A stretch of 64,000 nucleotides of DNA from Balanoglossus misakiensis. Lineage: Eukaryota; Animalia; Hemichordata. The position numbers and the translations under genes were made by a program. Each line of letters starts with the position of its first letter. Positions within the stretch are counted from its first letter, which is position 1. The stretch is from contig CM082578.2 of assembly GCA_040954595.2 (NCBI GenBank), positions 17,998,728 to 18,062,727 of the forward strand, read 5' to 3'. The notes under the pieces were generated by a model, which saw only the letters and a program-made list of their open reading frames with translations, was not told the DNA's origin and made no database searches. This document shows, in pieces, positions 1-12,000 of the stretch.

Positions 1-58
1 AAATGCCGCATCCCAAATCGTCAACGATAACGTGATGTAAATCACCGGTAAAACTTAC

Positions 59-180
59 CTATTTGGGTCGTAGCCAGCTTCAACGAACGAATCATGAGAA
101 CGTTGTTGAACGCTGGTATGTCCGGCTACGATTGACTTGCGGGGTTGGTTCTGCTGAGGTTCCATAACAAAAGCAGACAT
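59..180 (-). CDS. Possible first coding exon of a minus-strand gene that continues off the left edge (MSAFVMEPQQNQPRKSIVAGHTSVQQRSHDSFVEAGYDPN...)
   Basis: ATG at 180 opens 40 codons without a stop and runs into a consensus donor AG|GTAAGT (plus-strand acttac|ct at 53-60). There is an in-frame stop just upstream. No recognisable homology. Confidence 0.3.
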
Positions 181-1425
181 CGAGATCAATTCATGCACGT
201 TTCAGATGTTCGTCTGTCAAAACTGCACGCGTGTGACTGTCATACAGGCCGCCTCTTGGACAGAGAATGATAGAACGACAGTGATAAGACAACGTAACGG
301 AGGAAAACAGTAAGTGCAAAGTAAATGGGAGAACGTCTTCAGCCCGACTGAATGATGGAAGAGAAGACCCGTGTCCTTTCTTGTCTAAACTTACTTATCT
401 CACTAAGTTATTAAACCAGGCCTAGGAATAATTATTAGATCACTACTGCGTGTGATCAAATGATGCGAATGTGTCGAGACTACACACGATCATATAAAAA
501 GTGTCTTTTATTGGCGAGTGCTGATCAATAGGTTGGTCCTCGTTTGGGAGAAAAGGCTCTGTGAATGGCTTCGAATGGTTGCTAAGCGACTACCACACGC
601 GAAGTAACGCGATGAAGAGAGTCGCAGCGTGTGAACGTGACACGGACAGATGAAGTATTCTTCATAAAATTTTGGTGGAAAAACTAAACAAGCACTTGAA
701 TCGACCGTGATACGTACTCATTAAGGAGATTGAGAATTCAATGAAAGAGGAGAGTGGAATTAAATGGTGATCTTCCGTCGCATATGATAATGATTGATAA
801 GCAAAGTGAAATTCACCTTACTAATTTTACATTATTGTCTGACAAAAACGCATTTTCAAAACTTAAGCTGACCACTCCCAATATTTTGCATAATTGTAAA
901 TGTCAAACAAATCGCGGCACATTCTAAACAATGTCCGAGTCGATTTCTCACGTAGCCGATAATTCCACGTAACGCCCCGGCCACTAATGAGACCAAAATA
1001 ATTAGAATCATTTTCTGAAACCGTGGTGGTAATTTTCTCTCCCTTGTTGAAACACCCTGAGTTCTCACCATTTATTCCGGTTTGGTAACCCATAGTTACA
1101 TGACACTGAATAGCGCGGAAAGTTTGATGACAATTATTTGTCTATGGTAACATCACTCTGACCACAACAAACGAAACACACTTCTACATTATTAAATGCT
1201 CCATACAACATTTCAAGACAGTCTTTTCGTGTAATATCTTGGACAAGTATAACACGTACACACATTTCGTCGCATGAGTTCAAAGAGAATGGAACATACC
1301 TATCCTGCGATAACTTTTCAGCAAAGCATGACATAGACAACAGTAGGAGCGTATAGAAAAAGACAAGTACGTGATCAAGTTTACCGTTTTAGCGACAGAT
1401 ATGTCAAACAATATAAGAAAAGCTT

Positions 1426-2160
1426 ATTTCGCAAAGTCGAAAAATTGTCCCTTTTTGATGATTTTCATGAGCTATAACCCATGATTTTTTTCACAAATCG
1501 ACGAAATTTTGAAATTTCGCAAAGTCGAAAAATTGTCATTTTTTGATGATTTTCATGAGCTATAACCCATGATTTTTTCAAAAATCGACGAAATTTTGAG
1601 ATTTCGCAAAGTCGAAAAATTGTCATTTTTTGATGATTTTCATGAGCTATAACCCATGATTTTTTTCAAAAATCGACGAAATTTTGAGATTTCACAAAGT
1701 CGAAAAATTGTCATTTTTTGATGATTTTCATGAGCTATACACCATGATTTTTTTCAAAAATCGACGAAATTTTGAGATTTCGCAAAGTCGAAAAATTGTC
1801 ATTTTTTGATGCTATAACCCATGATATTTTTCAAAAATCGACGAAATTTTGAGATTTTGCAAAGTCGAAAAATTGTCATTTTTTGATGAATTTCATGAGC
1901 TATAACCCGTGATTTTTTTTCAAAAATCGACGAAATTTCGAGATTTCGCAAAGTCGAAAAATTGTCATTTTTTGATGATTTTCATGAGTTATATAACCCA
2001 TGATTTTTTTCAAAAATCGACGATATTTTGAGATTTCGCAAAGTCGAAAAATTGTCATTTTTATGATGATTTTCATGAGCTATAACCCATGATTTTTTTC
2101 AAAAATTGACAAAACTTTGAGATTTCGCAAAGTCGAAAAAATGTCATTTTTTGAAGATTT
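1426..2160 (-). repeat. Satellite, outer variant A (~88 bp, about 8 copies), inverted relative to the main array
   Basis: Tandem units atttcgcaaagtcgaaaaattgtcattttttgatgattttcatgagctataacccatgatttttttcaaaaatcgacgaaattttgag are the reverse complement of the units that follow 2170. Confidence 0.95.
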
Positions 2161-2169
2161 TCCATGATA

Positions 2170-3000
2170 TTTTTGAAAAAAAATCATGGGTTATAGCTCG
2201 TGAAAATCATTCAAAAAAATCATGGGTAATAGTTCATGAAAATCATCAAAAAATGAGAATGTTTCGACTTTGCGAAATCTCAAAGTTTTGTCAATTTTTG
2301 AAAAATATCATCGGTTATAACTCATGAAAATCATCATAAAAATGACAATTTGTCGACTTTGCGAAATTTCAAAATTTCGTCGATTTTTGAAAAAATCATG
2401 GGTTATAGCTCACGAAAATCATGAAAAAATGACAATTTGTCGACTTTGCGAAATTTCAAAATTTCGTCGATTTTTGAAAAAATCATGGGTTATAGCTCAC
2501 GAAAATCATGAAAAAATGACAATTTGTCGACTTTGCGAAATTTCAAAATTTCGTCGATTTTTGAAAAAATCATGGGCTCACGAAAATCGTCGGAAAATGA
2601 CAATTTGTCGACTTTTGCGAAATTTTAAAATTTCGTCGATTTTTGAAAAAAACATGGGTTATAGCTGACGAAAATCATGAAAAAATGACAATTTGTCGAC
2701 TTTGCGAAATTTCAAAATTTCGTCGATTTTTGAAAAAATCATGGGTTATAGCTCACGAAAATCGTCGGAAAATGAAAATTTGTCGACTTTGCGAAATTTC
2801 AAAATTTCGTCGATTTTTGAAAAAATCATGGGTTATAGCTCACGAAAATCATGAAAAAATGACGATTTGTCGACTTTGCGAAATTTCAAAATTTCGTCGA
2901 TTTTTGAAAAAACCATGGGCTATAGCTCACGAAAATCGTCGGAAAATGACAATTTGTCGACTTTGCGAAATTTTAAAATTTCGTCGATTTTTGAAAAAAC
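2170..3000 (+). repeat. Satellite, variant A/A' (87 bp), left flank of the core
   Basis: Units cacgaaaatcatgaaaaaatgacaatttgtcgactttgcgaaatttcaaaatttcgtcgatttttgaaaaaatcatgggttatagct (e.g. 2411-2497), with an atcgtcggaaaa sub-variant. Confidence 0.95.
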
Positions 3001-6000
3001 CATGGGTTATAGCTCAGGAAAATGTTGAAAAATCGACGATTTTTCGACTTTGCGAATTTTGAAAATTTGGTCATTTTTTGAAAAAACCATGGGTTATAGC
3101 TCAGGAAAATGGTCAGAAATCGACGATTTTTCGACTTTGCGAATTTTCAAAATTTGGTCATTTTTTGAAAAAACCATGGGTTATAGCTCAGGAAAATGTT
3201 GAAAAATCGACGATTTTTCGACTTTGCGAATTTTGAAAATTTGGTCATTTTTTGAAAAAACCATGGGTTATAGCTCAGGAAAATGGTCAGAAATCGACGA
3301 TTTTTCGACTTTGCGAATTTTCAAAATTTGGTCATTTTTTGAAAAAACCATGGGTTATAGCTCAGGAAAATGTTGAAAAATCGACGATTTTTCGACTTTG
3401 CGAATTTTGAAAATTTGGTCATTTTTTGAAAAAACCATGGGTTATAGCTCAGGAAAATGGTCAGAAATCGACGATTTTACGACTTTGCGAATTGTGAAAA
3501 TTTGGTCATTTTTTGAAAAAACCATGGGTTATAGCTCAGGAAAATATTGAAAAATCGACGATTTTTCGACTTTGCGAATTTTGAAAATTTGGTCATTTTT
3601 TGAAAAAACCATGGGTTATAGCTCAGGAAAATGGTCAGAAATCGACGATTTTTCGACTTTGCGAATTTTCAAAATTTGGTCATTTTTTGAAAAAACCATG
3701 GGTTATAGCTCAGGAAAATGGTCAGAAATCGACTTTGCGAATTTTCAAAATTTGGTCATTTTTTGAAAAAACCATGGGTTATAGCTCAGGAAAATGTTGA
3801 AAAATCGACGATTTTTCGACTTTACGAATTTTGAAAATTTGGTCATTTTTTGAAAAAACCATGGGTTATAGCTCAGGAAAATGGTCAGAAATCGACGATT
3901 TTTCGACTTTGCGAATTTTAAAAATTTGGTCATTTTTTGAAAAAACCATGGGTTATAGCTCAGGAAAATGGTCAGAAATCGACGATTTTTCGACTTTGCG
4001 AATTTTGAAAATTTGGTCATTTTTTGAAAAAAACATGGGTTATAGCTCAGGAAAATGGTCAGAAATCGACGATTTTTCGACTTTGCGAATTTTCAAAATT
4101 TGGTCATTTTTTGAAAAAACCATGGGTTATAGCTCAGGAAAATGTTGAAAAATCGACGATTTTTCGACTTTGCGAATTTTCAAAATTTGGTCATTTTTTG
4201 AAAAAACCATGGGTTATAGCTCAGGAAAATGTTGAAAAATCGACGATTTTTCGACTTTACGAATTTTGAAAATTTGGTCATTTTTTGAAAAAACCATGGG
4301 TTATAGCTCAGGAAAATGGTCAGAAATCGACGATTTTTCGACTTTGCGAATTTTCAAAATTTGGTCATTTTTTGAAAAAACCATGGGTTATAGCTCAGGA
4401 AAATGTTGAAAAATCGACGATTTTTCGACTTTGCGAATTTTGAAAATTTGGTCATTTTTTGAAAAAACCATGGGTTATAGCTCAGGAAAATGGTCAGAAA
4501 TCGACGATTTTTCGACTTTATGAATTTTCAAAATTTGGTCATTTTTTGAAAAAACCATGGGTTATAGCTCAGGAAAATGTTGAAAAATCGACGATTTTTC
4601 GACTTTGCGAATTTTCAAAATTTGGTCATTTTTTGAAAAAACCATGGGTTATAGCTCAGGAAAATGTTGAAAAATCGACGATTTTTCGACTTTGCGAATT
4701 TTGAAAATTTGGTCATTTTTTGAAAAAACCATGGGTTATAGCTCAGGAAAATGGTCAGAAATCGACGATTTTTCGACTTTGCGAATTTTCAAAATTTGGT
4801 CATTTTTTGAAAAAACCATGGGTTATAGCTCAGGAAAATGTTGAAAAATCGACGATTTTTCGACTTTGCGAATTTTGAAAATTTGGTCATTTTTTGAAAA
4901 AACCATGGGTTATAGCTCAGGAAAATGGTCAGAAATCGACGATTTTTCGACTTTGCGAATTTTCAAAATTTGGTCATTTTTTGAAAAAACCATGGGTTAT
5001 AGCTCAGGAAAATGTTGAAAAATCGACGATTTTTCGACTTTGCGAATTTTGAAAATTTGGTCATTTTTTGAAAAAACCATGGGTTATAGCTCAGGAAAAT
5101 GGTCAGAAATCGACGATTTTTCGACTTTGCGAATTGTGAAAATTTGGTCATTTTTTGAAAAAACCATGGGTTATAGCTCAGGAAAATGTTGAAAAATCGA
5201 CGATTTTTCGACTTTGCGAATTTTGAAAATTTGGTCATTTTTTGAAAAAACCATGGGTTATAGCTCAGGAAAATGGTCAGAAATCGACGATTTTTCGACT
5301 TTGCGAATTTTCAAAATTTGGTCATTTTTTGAAAAAACCATGGGTTATAGCTCAGGAAAATGTTGAAAAATCGACGATTTTTCGACTTTACGAATTTTGA
5401 AAATTTGGTCATTTTTTGAAAAAACCATGGGTTATAGCTCAGGAAAATGGTCAGAAATCGACGATTTTTCGACTTTGCGAATTTTAAAAATTTGGTCATT
5501 TTTTGAAAAAACCATGGGTTATAGCTCAGGAAAATGGTGAAAAATTGACGATTTTTCGACTTTGCGAATTCTGAAAATTTGGTCATTTTTTGAAAAAACC
5601 ATGGGTTATAGCTCAGGAAAATGGTCAGAAATCGACGATTTTTCGACTTTGCGAATTTTCAAAATTTGGTCATTTTTTGAAAAAACCATGGGTTATAGCT
5701 CAGGAAAATGTTGAAAAATCGACGATTTTTCGACTTTGCGAATTTTGAAAATTTGGTCATTTTTTGAAAAAACCATGGGTTATAGCTCAGGAAAATGGTC
5801 AGAAATCGACGATTTTTCGACTTTGCGAATTTTCAAAATTTGGTCATTTTTTGAAAAAACCATGGGTTATAGCTCAGGAAAATGTTGAAAAATCGACGAT
5901 TTTTCGACTTTGCGAATTTTGAAAATTTGGTCATTTTTTGAAAAAACCATGGGTTATAGCTCAGGAAAATGGTCAGAAATCGACGATTTTTCGACTTTGC

Positions 6001-9000
6001 GAATTTTCAAAATTTGGTCATTTTTTGAAAAAACCATGGGTTATAGCTCAGGAAAATGTTGAAAAATCGACGATTTTTCGACTTTGCGAATTTTGAAAAT
6101 TTGGTCATTTTTTGAAAAAACCATGGGTTATAGCTCAGGAAAATGGTCAGAAATCGACGATTTTTCGACTTTGCGAATTTTGAAAATTTGGTCATTTTTT
6201 GAAAAAACCATGGGTTATAGCTCAGGAAAATGTTAAAAAATCGACGATTTTTCGACTTTGCGAATTTTGAAAATTTGGTCATTTTTTGAAAAAACCATGG
6301 GTTATAGCTCAGGAAAATGGTCAGAAATCGACGATTTTTCGACTTTGCGAATTTTGAAAATTTGGTCATTTTTTGAAAAAAACCATGGGTTATAGCTCAG
6401 GAAAATGTTGAAAAATCGACGATTTTTCGACTTTGCGAATTTTGAAAATTTGGTCATTTTTTGAAAAAACCATGGGTTATAGCTCAGGAAAATGGTCAGA
6501 AATCGACGATTTTTCGACTTTGCGAATTTTCAAAATTTGGTCATTTTTTGAAAAAACCATGGGTTATAGCTCAGGAAAATGTTGAAAAATCGACGATTTT
6601 TCGACTTTGCGAATTTTGAAAATTTGGTCATTTTTTGAAAAAACCATGGGTTATAGCCTAGGAAAATGGTCAGAAATCGACGATTTTTCGACTTTGCGAA
6701 TTTTCAAAATTTGGTCATTTTTTGAAAAAACCATGGGTTATAGCTCAGGAAAATGTTGAAAAATCGACGATTTTTCGACTTTGCGAATTTTGAAAATTTG
6801 GTCATTTTTTGAAAAAACCATGGGTTATAGCTCAGGAAAATGGTCAGAAATCGACGATTTTTCGACTTTGCGAATTTTCAAAATTTGGTCATTTTTTGAA
6901 AAAACCATGGGTTATAGCTCAGGAAAATGTTGAAAAATCGACGATTTTTCGACTTTGCGAATTTTCAAAATTTGGTCATTTTTTGAAAAAACCATGGGTT
7001 ATAGCTCAGGAAAATGGTCAGAAATCGACGATTTTTCGACTTTGCGAATTTTCAAAATTTGGTCATTTTTTGAAAAAACCATGGGTTATAGCTCAGGAAA
7101 ATGTTGAAAAATCGACGATTTTTCGACTTTGCGAATTTTGAAAATTTGGTCATTTTTTGAAAAAACCATGGGTTATAGCTCTGGAAAATGGTCAGAAATC
7201 GACGATTTTTCGACTTTGCGAATTTTCAAAATTTGGTCATTTTTTGAAAAAACCATGGGTTATAGCTCAGGAAAATGTTGAAAAATCGACGATTTTTCGA
7301 CTTTGCGAATTTTGAAAATTTGGTCATTTTTTGAAAAAACCATGGGTTATAGCTCAGGAAAATGGTCAGAAATCGACGATTTTTCGACTTTGCGAATTTT
7401 GAAAATTTGGTCATTTTTTGAAAAAACCATGGGTTATAGCTCAGGAAAATGGTCAGAAATCGACGATTTTTCGACTTTGCGAATTTTCAAAATTTGGTCA
7501 TTTTTTGAAAAAACCGTGGGTTATAGCTCAGGAAAATGTTGAAAAATCGACGATTTTTCGACTTTGCGAATTTTCAAAATTTGGTCAATTTTGAAAAAAC
7601 CATGGGTTATAGCTCAGGAAAATGGTCAGAAATCGACGATTTTTCGACTTTGCGAATTTTGAAAATTTGGTCATTTTTTGAAAAAACCATGGGTTATAGC
7701 TCAGGAAAATGTTGAAAAATCGACGATTTTTCGACTTTGCGAATTTTGAAAATTTGGTCATTTTTTGAAAAAACCATGGGTTATAGCTCAGGAAAATGGT
7801 CAGAAATCGACGATTTTTCGACTTTGCGAATTGTGAAAATTTGGTCATTTTTTGAAAAAACCATGGGTTATAGCTCAGGAAAATGTTGAAAAATCGACGA
7901 TTTTTCGACTTTGCGAATTTTGAAAATTTGGTCATTTTTTGAAAAAACCATGGGTTATAGCTCAGGAAAATGGTCAGAAATCGACGATTTTTCGACTTTG
8001 CGAATTTTCAAAATTTGGTCATTTTTTGAAAAAACCATGGGTTATAGCTCAGGAAAATGTTGAAAAATCGACGATTTTTCGACTTTGCGAATTTTGAAAA
8101 TTTGGTCATTTTTTGAAAAAACCATGGGTTATAGCTCAGGAAAATGGTCAGAAATCGACGATTTTTCGACTTTGCGAATTTTCAAAATTTGGTCATTTTT
8201 TGAAAAAACCGTGGGTTATAGCTCAGGAAAATGTTGAAAAATCGACGATTTTTCGACTTTGCGAATTTTCAAAATTTGGTCATTTTTTGAAAAAACTATG
8301 GGTTATAGCTCAGGAAAATGGTCAGAAATCGACGATTTTTCGACTTTGCGAATTGTGAAAATTTGGTCATTTTTTGAAAAAACCATGGGTTATAGCTCAG
8401 GAAAATGTTGAAAAATCGACGATTTTTCGACTTTGCGAATTTTGAAAATTTGGTCATTTTTTGAAAAAAACATGGGTTATAGCTCAGGAAAATGGTCAGA
8501 AATCGACGATTTTTCGACTTTGCGAATTTTCAAAATTTGGTCATTTTTTGAAAAAACCATGGGTTATAGCTCAGGAAAATGTTGAAAAATCGACGATTTT
8601 TCGACTTTGCGAATTTTGAAAATTTGGTCATTTTTTGAAAAAACCATGGGTTATAGCTCAGGAAAATGGTCAGAAATCGACGATTTTTCGACTTTGCGAA
8701 TTTTCAAAATTTGGTCATTTTTTGAAAAAACCATGGGTTATAGCTCAGGAAAATGTTGAAAAATCGACGATTTTTCGACTTTGCGAATTTTGAAAATTTG
8801 GTCATTTTTTGAAAAAACCATGGGTTATAGCTCAGGAAAATGGTCAGAAATCGACGATTTTTCGACTTTGCGAATTTTCAAAATTTGGTCATTTTTTGAA
8901 AAAACCATGGGTTATAGCTCAGGAAAATGTTGAAAATCGACGATTTTTCGACTTTGCGAATTTTGAAAATTTGGTCATTTTTTGAAAAAACCATGGGTTA

Positions 9001-12000
9001 TAGCTCAGGAAAATGGTCAGAAATCGACGATTTTTCGACTTTGCGAATTTTCAAAATTTGGTCATTTTTTGAAAAAACCATGGGTTATAGCTCAGGAAAA
9101 TGTTGAAAAATCGACGATTTTTCGACTTTGCGAATTTTGAAAATTTGGTCATTTTTTGAAAAAAACATGGGTTATAGCTCAGGAAAATGGTCAGAAATCG
9201 ACGATTTTTCGACTTTGCGAATTTTCAAAATTTTGTCATTTTTTGAAAAAACCATGGGTTATAGCTCAGGAAAATGTTGAAAAATCGACGATTTTTCGAC
9301 TTTGCGAATTTTGAAAATTTGGTCATTTTTTGAAAAAACCATGGGTTATAGCTCAGGAAAATGGTCAGAAATCGACGATTTTTCGACTTTGCGAATTTTC
9401 AAAATATGGTCATTTTTTGAAAAAACCATGGGTTATAGCTCAGGAAAATGTTGAAAAATCGACGATTTTTCGACTTTGCGAATTTTGAAAATTTGGTCAT
9501 TTTTTGAAAAAACCATGGGTTATAGCTCAGGAAAATGGTCAGAAATCGACGATTTTTCGACTTTGCGAATTTTCAAAATTTGGTCATTTTTTGAAAAAAC
9601 CATGGGTTATAGCTCAGGAAAATGTTGAAAAATCGACGATTTTTCGACTTTGCGAATTTTGAAAATTTGGTCATTTTTTGAAAAAACCATGGGTTATAGC
9701 TCAGGAAAATGGTCAGAAATCGACGATTTTTCGACTTTGCGAATTTTCAAAATTTGGTCATTTTTTGAAAAAACCATGGGTTATAGCTCAGGAAAATGGT
9801 CAGAAATCGACGATTTTTCGACTTTGCGAATTTTCAAAATTTGGTCATTTTTTGAAAAAACCATGGGTTATAGCTCAGGAAAATGTTGAAAAATCGACGA
9901 TTTTTCGACTTTGCGAATTTTGAAAATTTGGTCATTTTTTGAAAAAACCATGGGTTATAGCTCTGGAAAATGGTCAGAAATCGACGATTTTTCGACTTTG
10001 CGAATTTTCAAAATTTGGTCATTTTTTGAAAAAACCATGGGTTATAGCTCAGGAAAATGGTCAGAAATCGACGATTTTTCGACTTTGCGAATTTTCAAAA
10101 TTTGGTCATTTTTTGAAAAAACCATGGGTTATAGCTCAGGAAAATGTTGAAAAATCGACGATTTTTCGACTTTACGAATTTTGAAAATTTGGTCATTTTT
10201 TGAAAAAACCATGGGTTATAGCTCAGGAAAATGGTCAGAAATCGACGATTTTTCGACTTTGCGAATTTTCAAAATTTGGTCATTTTTTGAAAAAACCATG
10301 GGTTATAGCTCAGGAAAATGTTGAAAAATCGACGATTTTTCGACTTTGCGAATTTTGAAAATTTGGTCATTTTTTGAAAAAACCATGGGTTATAGCTCAG
10401 GAAAATGGTCAGAAATCGACGATTTTTCGACTTTGCGAATTTTCAAAATTTGGTCATTTTTTGAAAAAACCATGGGTTATAGCTCAGGAAAATGTTGAAA
10501 AATCGGCGATTTTTCGACTTTGCGAATTTTGAAAATTTGGTCATTTTTTGAAAAAACCATGGGTTATAGCTCAGGAAAATGGTCAGAAATCGACGATTTT
10601 TCGACTTTGCGAATTTTGAAAATTTGGTCATTTTTTGAAAAAAACCATGGGTTATAGCTCAGGAAAATGTTGAAAAATCGACGATTTTTCGACTTTGCGA
10701 ATTTTGAAAATTTGGTCATTTTTTGAAAAAACCATGGGTTATAGCTCAGGAAAATGGTCAGAAATCGACGATTTTTCGACTTTGCGAATTTTCAAAATTT
10801 GGTCATTTTTTGAAAAAACCATGGGTTATAGCTCAGGAAAATGTTGAAAAATCGACGATTTTTCGACTTTGCGAATTTTGAAAATTTGGTCATTTTTTGA
10901 AAAAACCATGGGTTATAGCCCAGGAAAATGGTCAGAAATCGACGATTTTTCGACTTTGCGAATTTTCAAAATTTGGTCATTTTTTGAAAAAACCATGGGT
11001 TATAGCTCAGGAAAATGTTGAAAAATCGACGATTTTTCGACTTTGCGAATTTTGAAAATTTGGTCATTTTTTGAAAAAACAATGGGTTATAGCTCAGGAA
11101 AATGGTCAGAAATCGACGATTTTTCGACTTTGCGAATTTTCAAAATTTGGTCATTTTTTGAAAAAACCATGGGTTATAGCTCAGGAAAATGTTGAAAAAT
11201 CGACGATTTTTCGACTTTGCGAATTTTGAAAATTTGGTCATTTTTTGAAAAAACCATGGGTTATAGCTCAGGAAAATGGTCAGAAATCGACGATTTTTCG
11301 ACTTTGCGAATTTTCAAAATTTGGTCATTTTTTGAAAAAACCATGGGTTATAGCTCAGGAAAATGTTGAAAAATCGACGATTTTTCGACTTTGCGAATTT
11401 TCAAAATTTGGTCATTTTTTGAAAAAACCATGGGTTATAGCTCAGGAAAATGTTGAAAAATCGACGATTTTTCGACTTTGCGAATTTTGAAAATTTGGTC
11501 AATTTTGAAAAAACCATGGGTTATAGCTCAGGAAAATGGTCAGAAATCGACGATTTTTCGACTTTGCGAATTTTGAAAATTTGGTCATTTTTTGAAAAAA
11601 CCATGGGTTATAGCTCAGGAAAATGTTGAAAAATCGACGATTTTTCGACTTTGCGAATTTTGAAAATTTGGTCATTTTTTGAAAAAACCATGGGTTATAG
11701 CTCAGGAAAATGGTCAGAAATCGACGATTTTTCGACTTTGCGAATTTTCAAAATTTGGTCATTTTTTGAAAAAACCATGGGTTATAGCTCAGGAAAATGT
11801 TGAAAAATCGACGATTTTTCGACTTTGCGAATTTTGAAAATTTGGTCATTTTTTGAAAAAACCATGGGTTATAGCTCAGGAAAATGGTCAGAAATCGACG
11901 ATTTTTCGACTTTGCGAATTTTCAAAATTTGGTCATTTTTTGAAAAAACCATGGGTTATAGCTCAGGAAAATGGTCAGAAATCGACGATTTTTCAACTTT

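Noticed and set aside
3040-3060. CENP-B box in the monomer (TTTCGACTTTGCGAA)
   Set aside because: Spacing between TTCG and CG is 6 rather than 7, and the required A and CGGG positions are missing.
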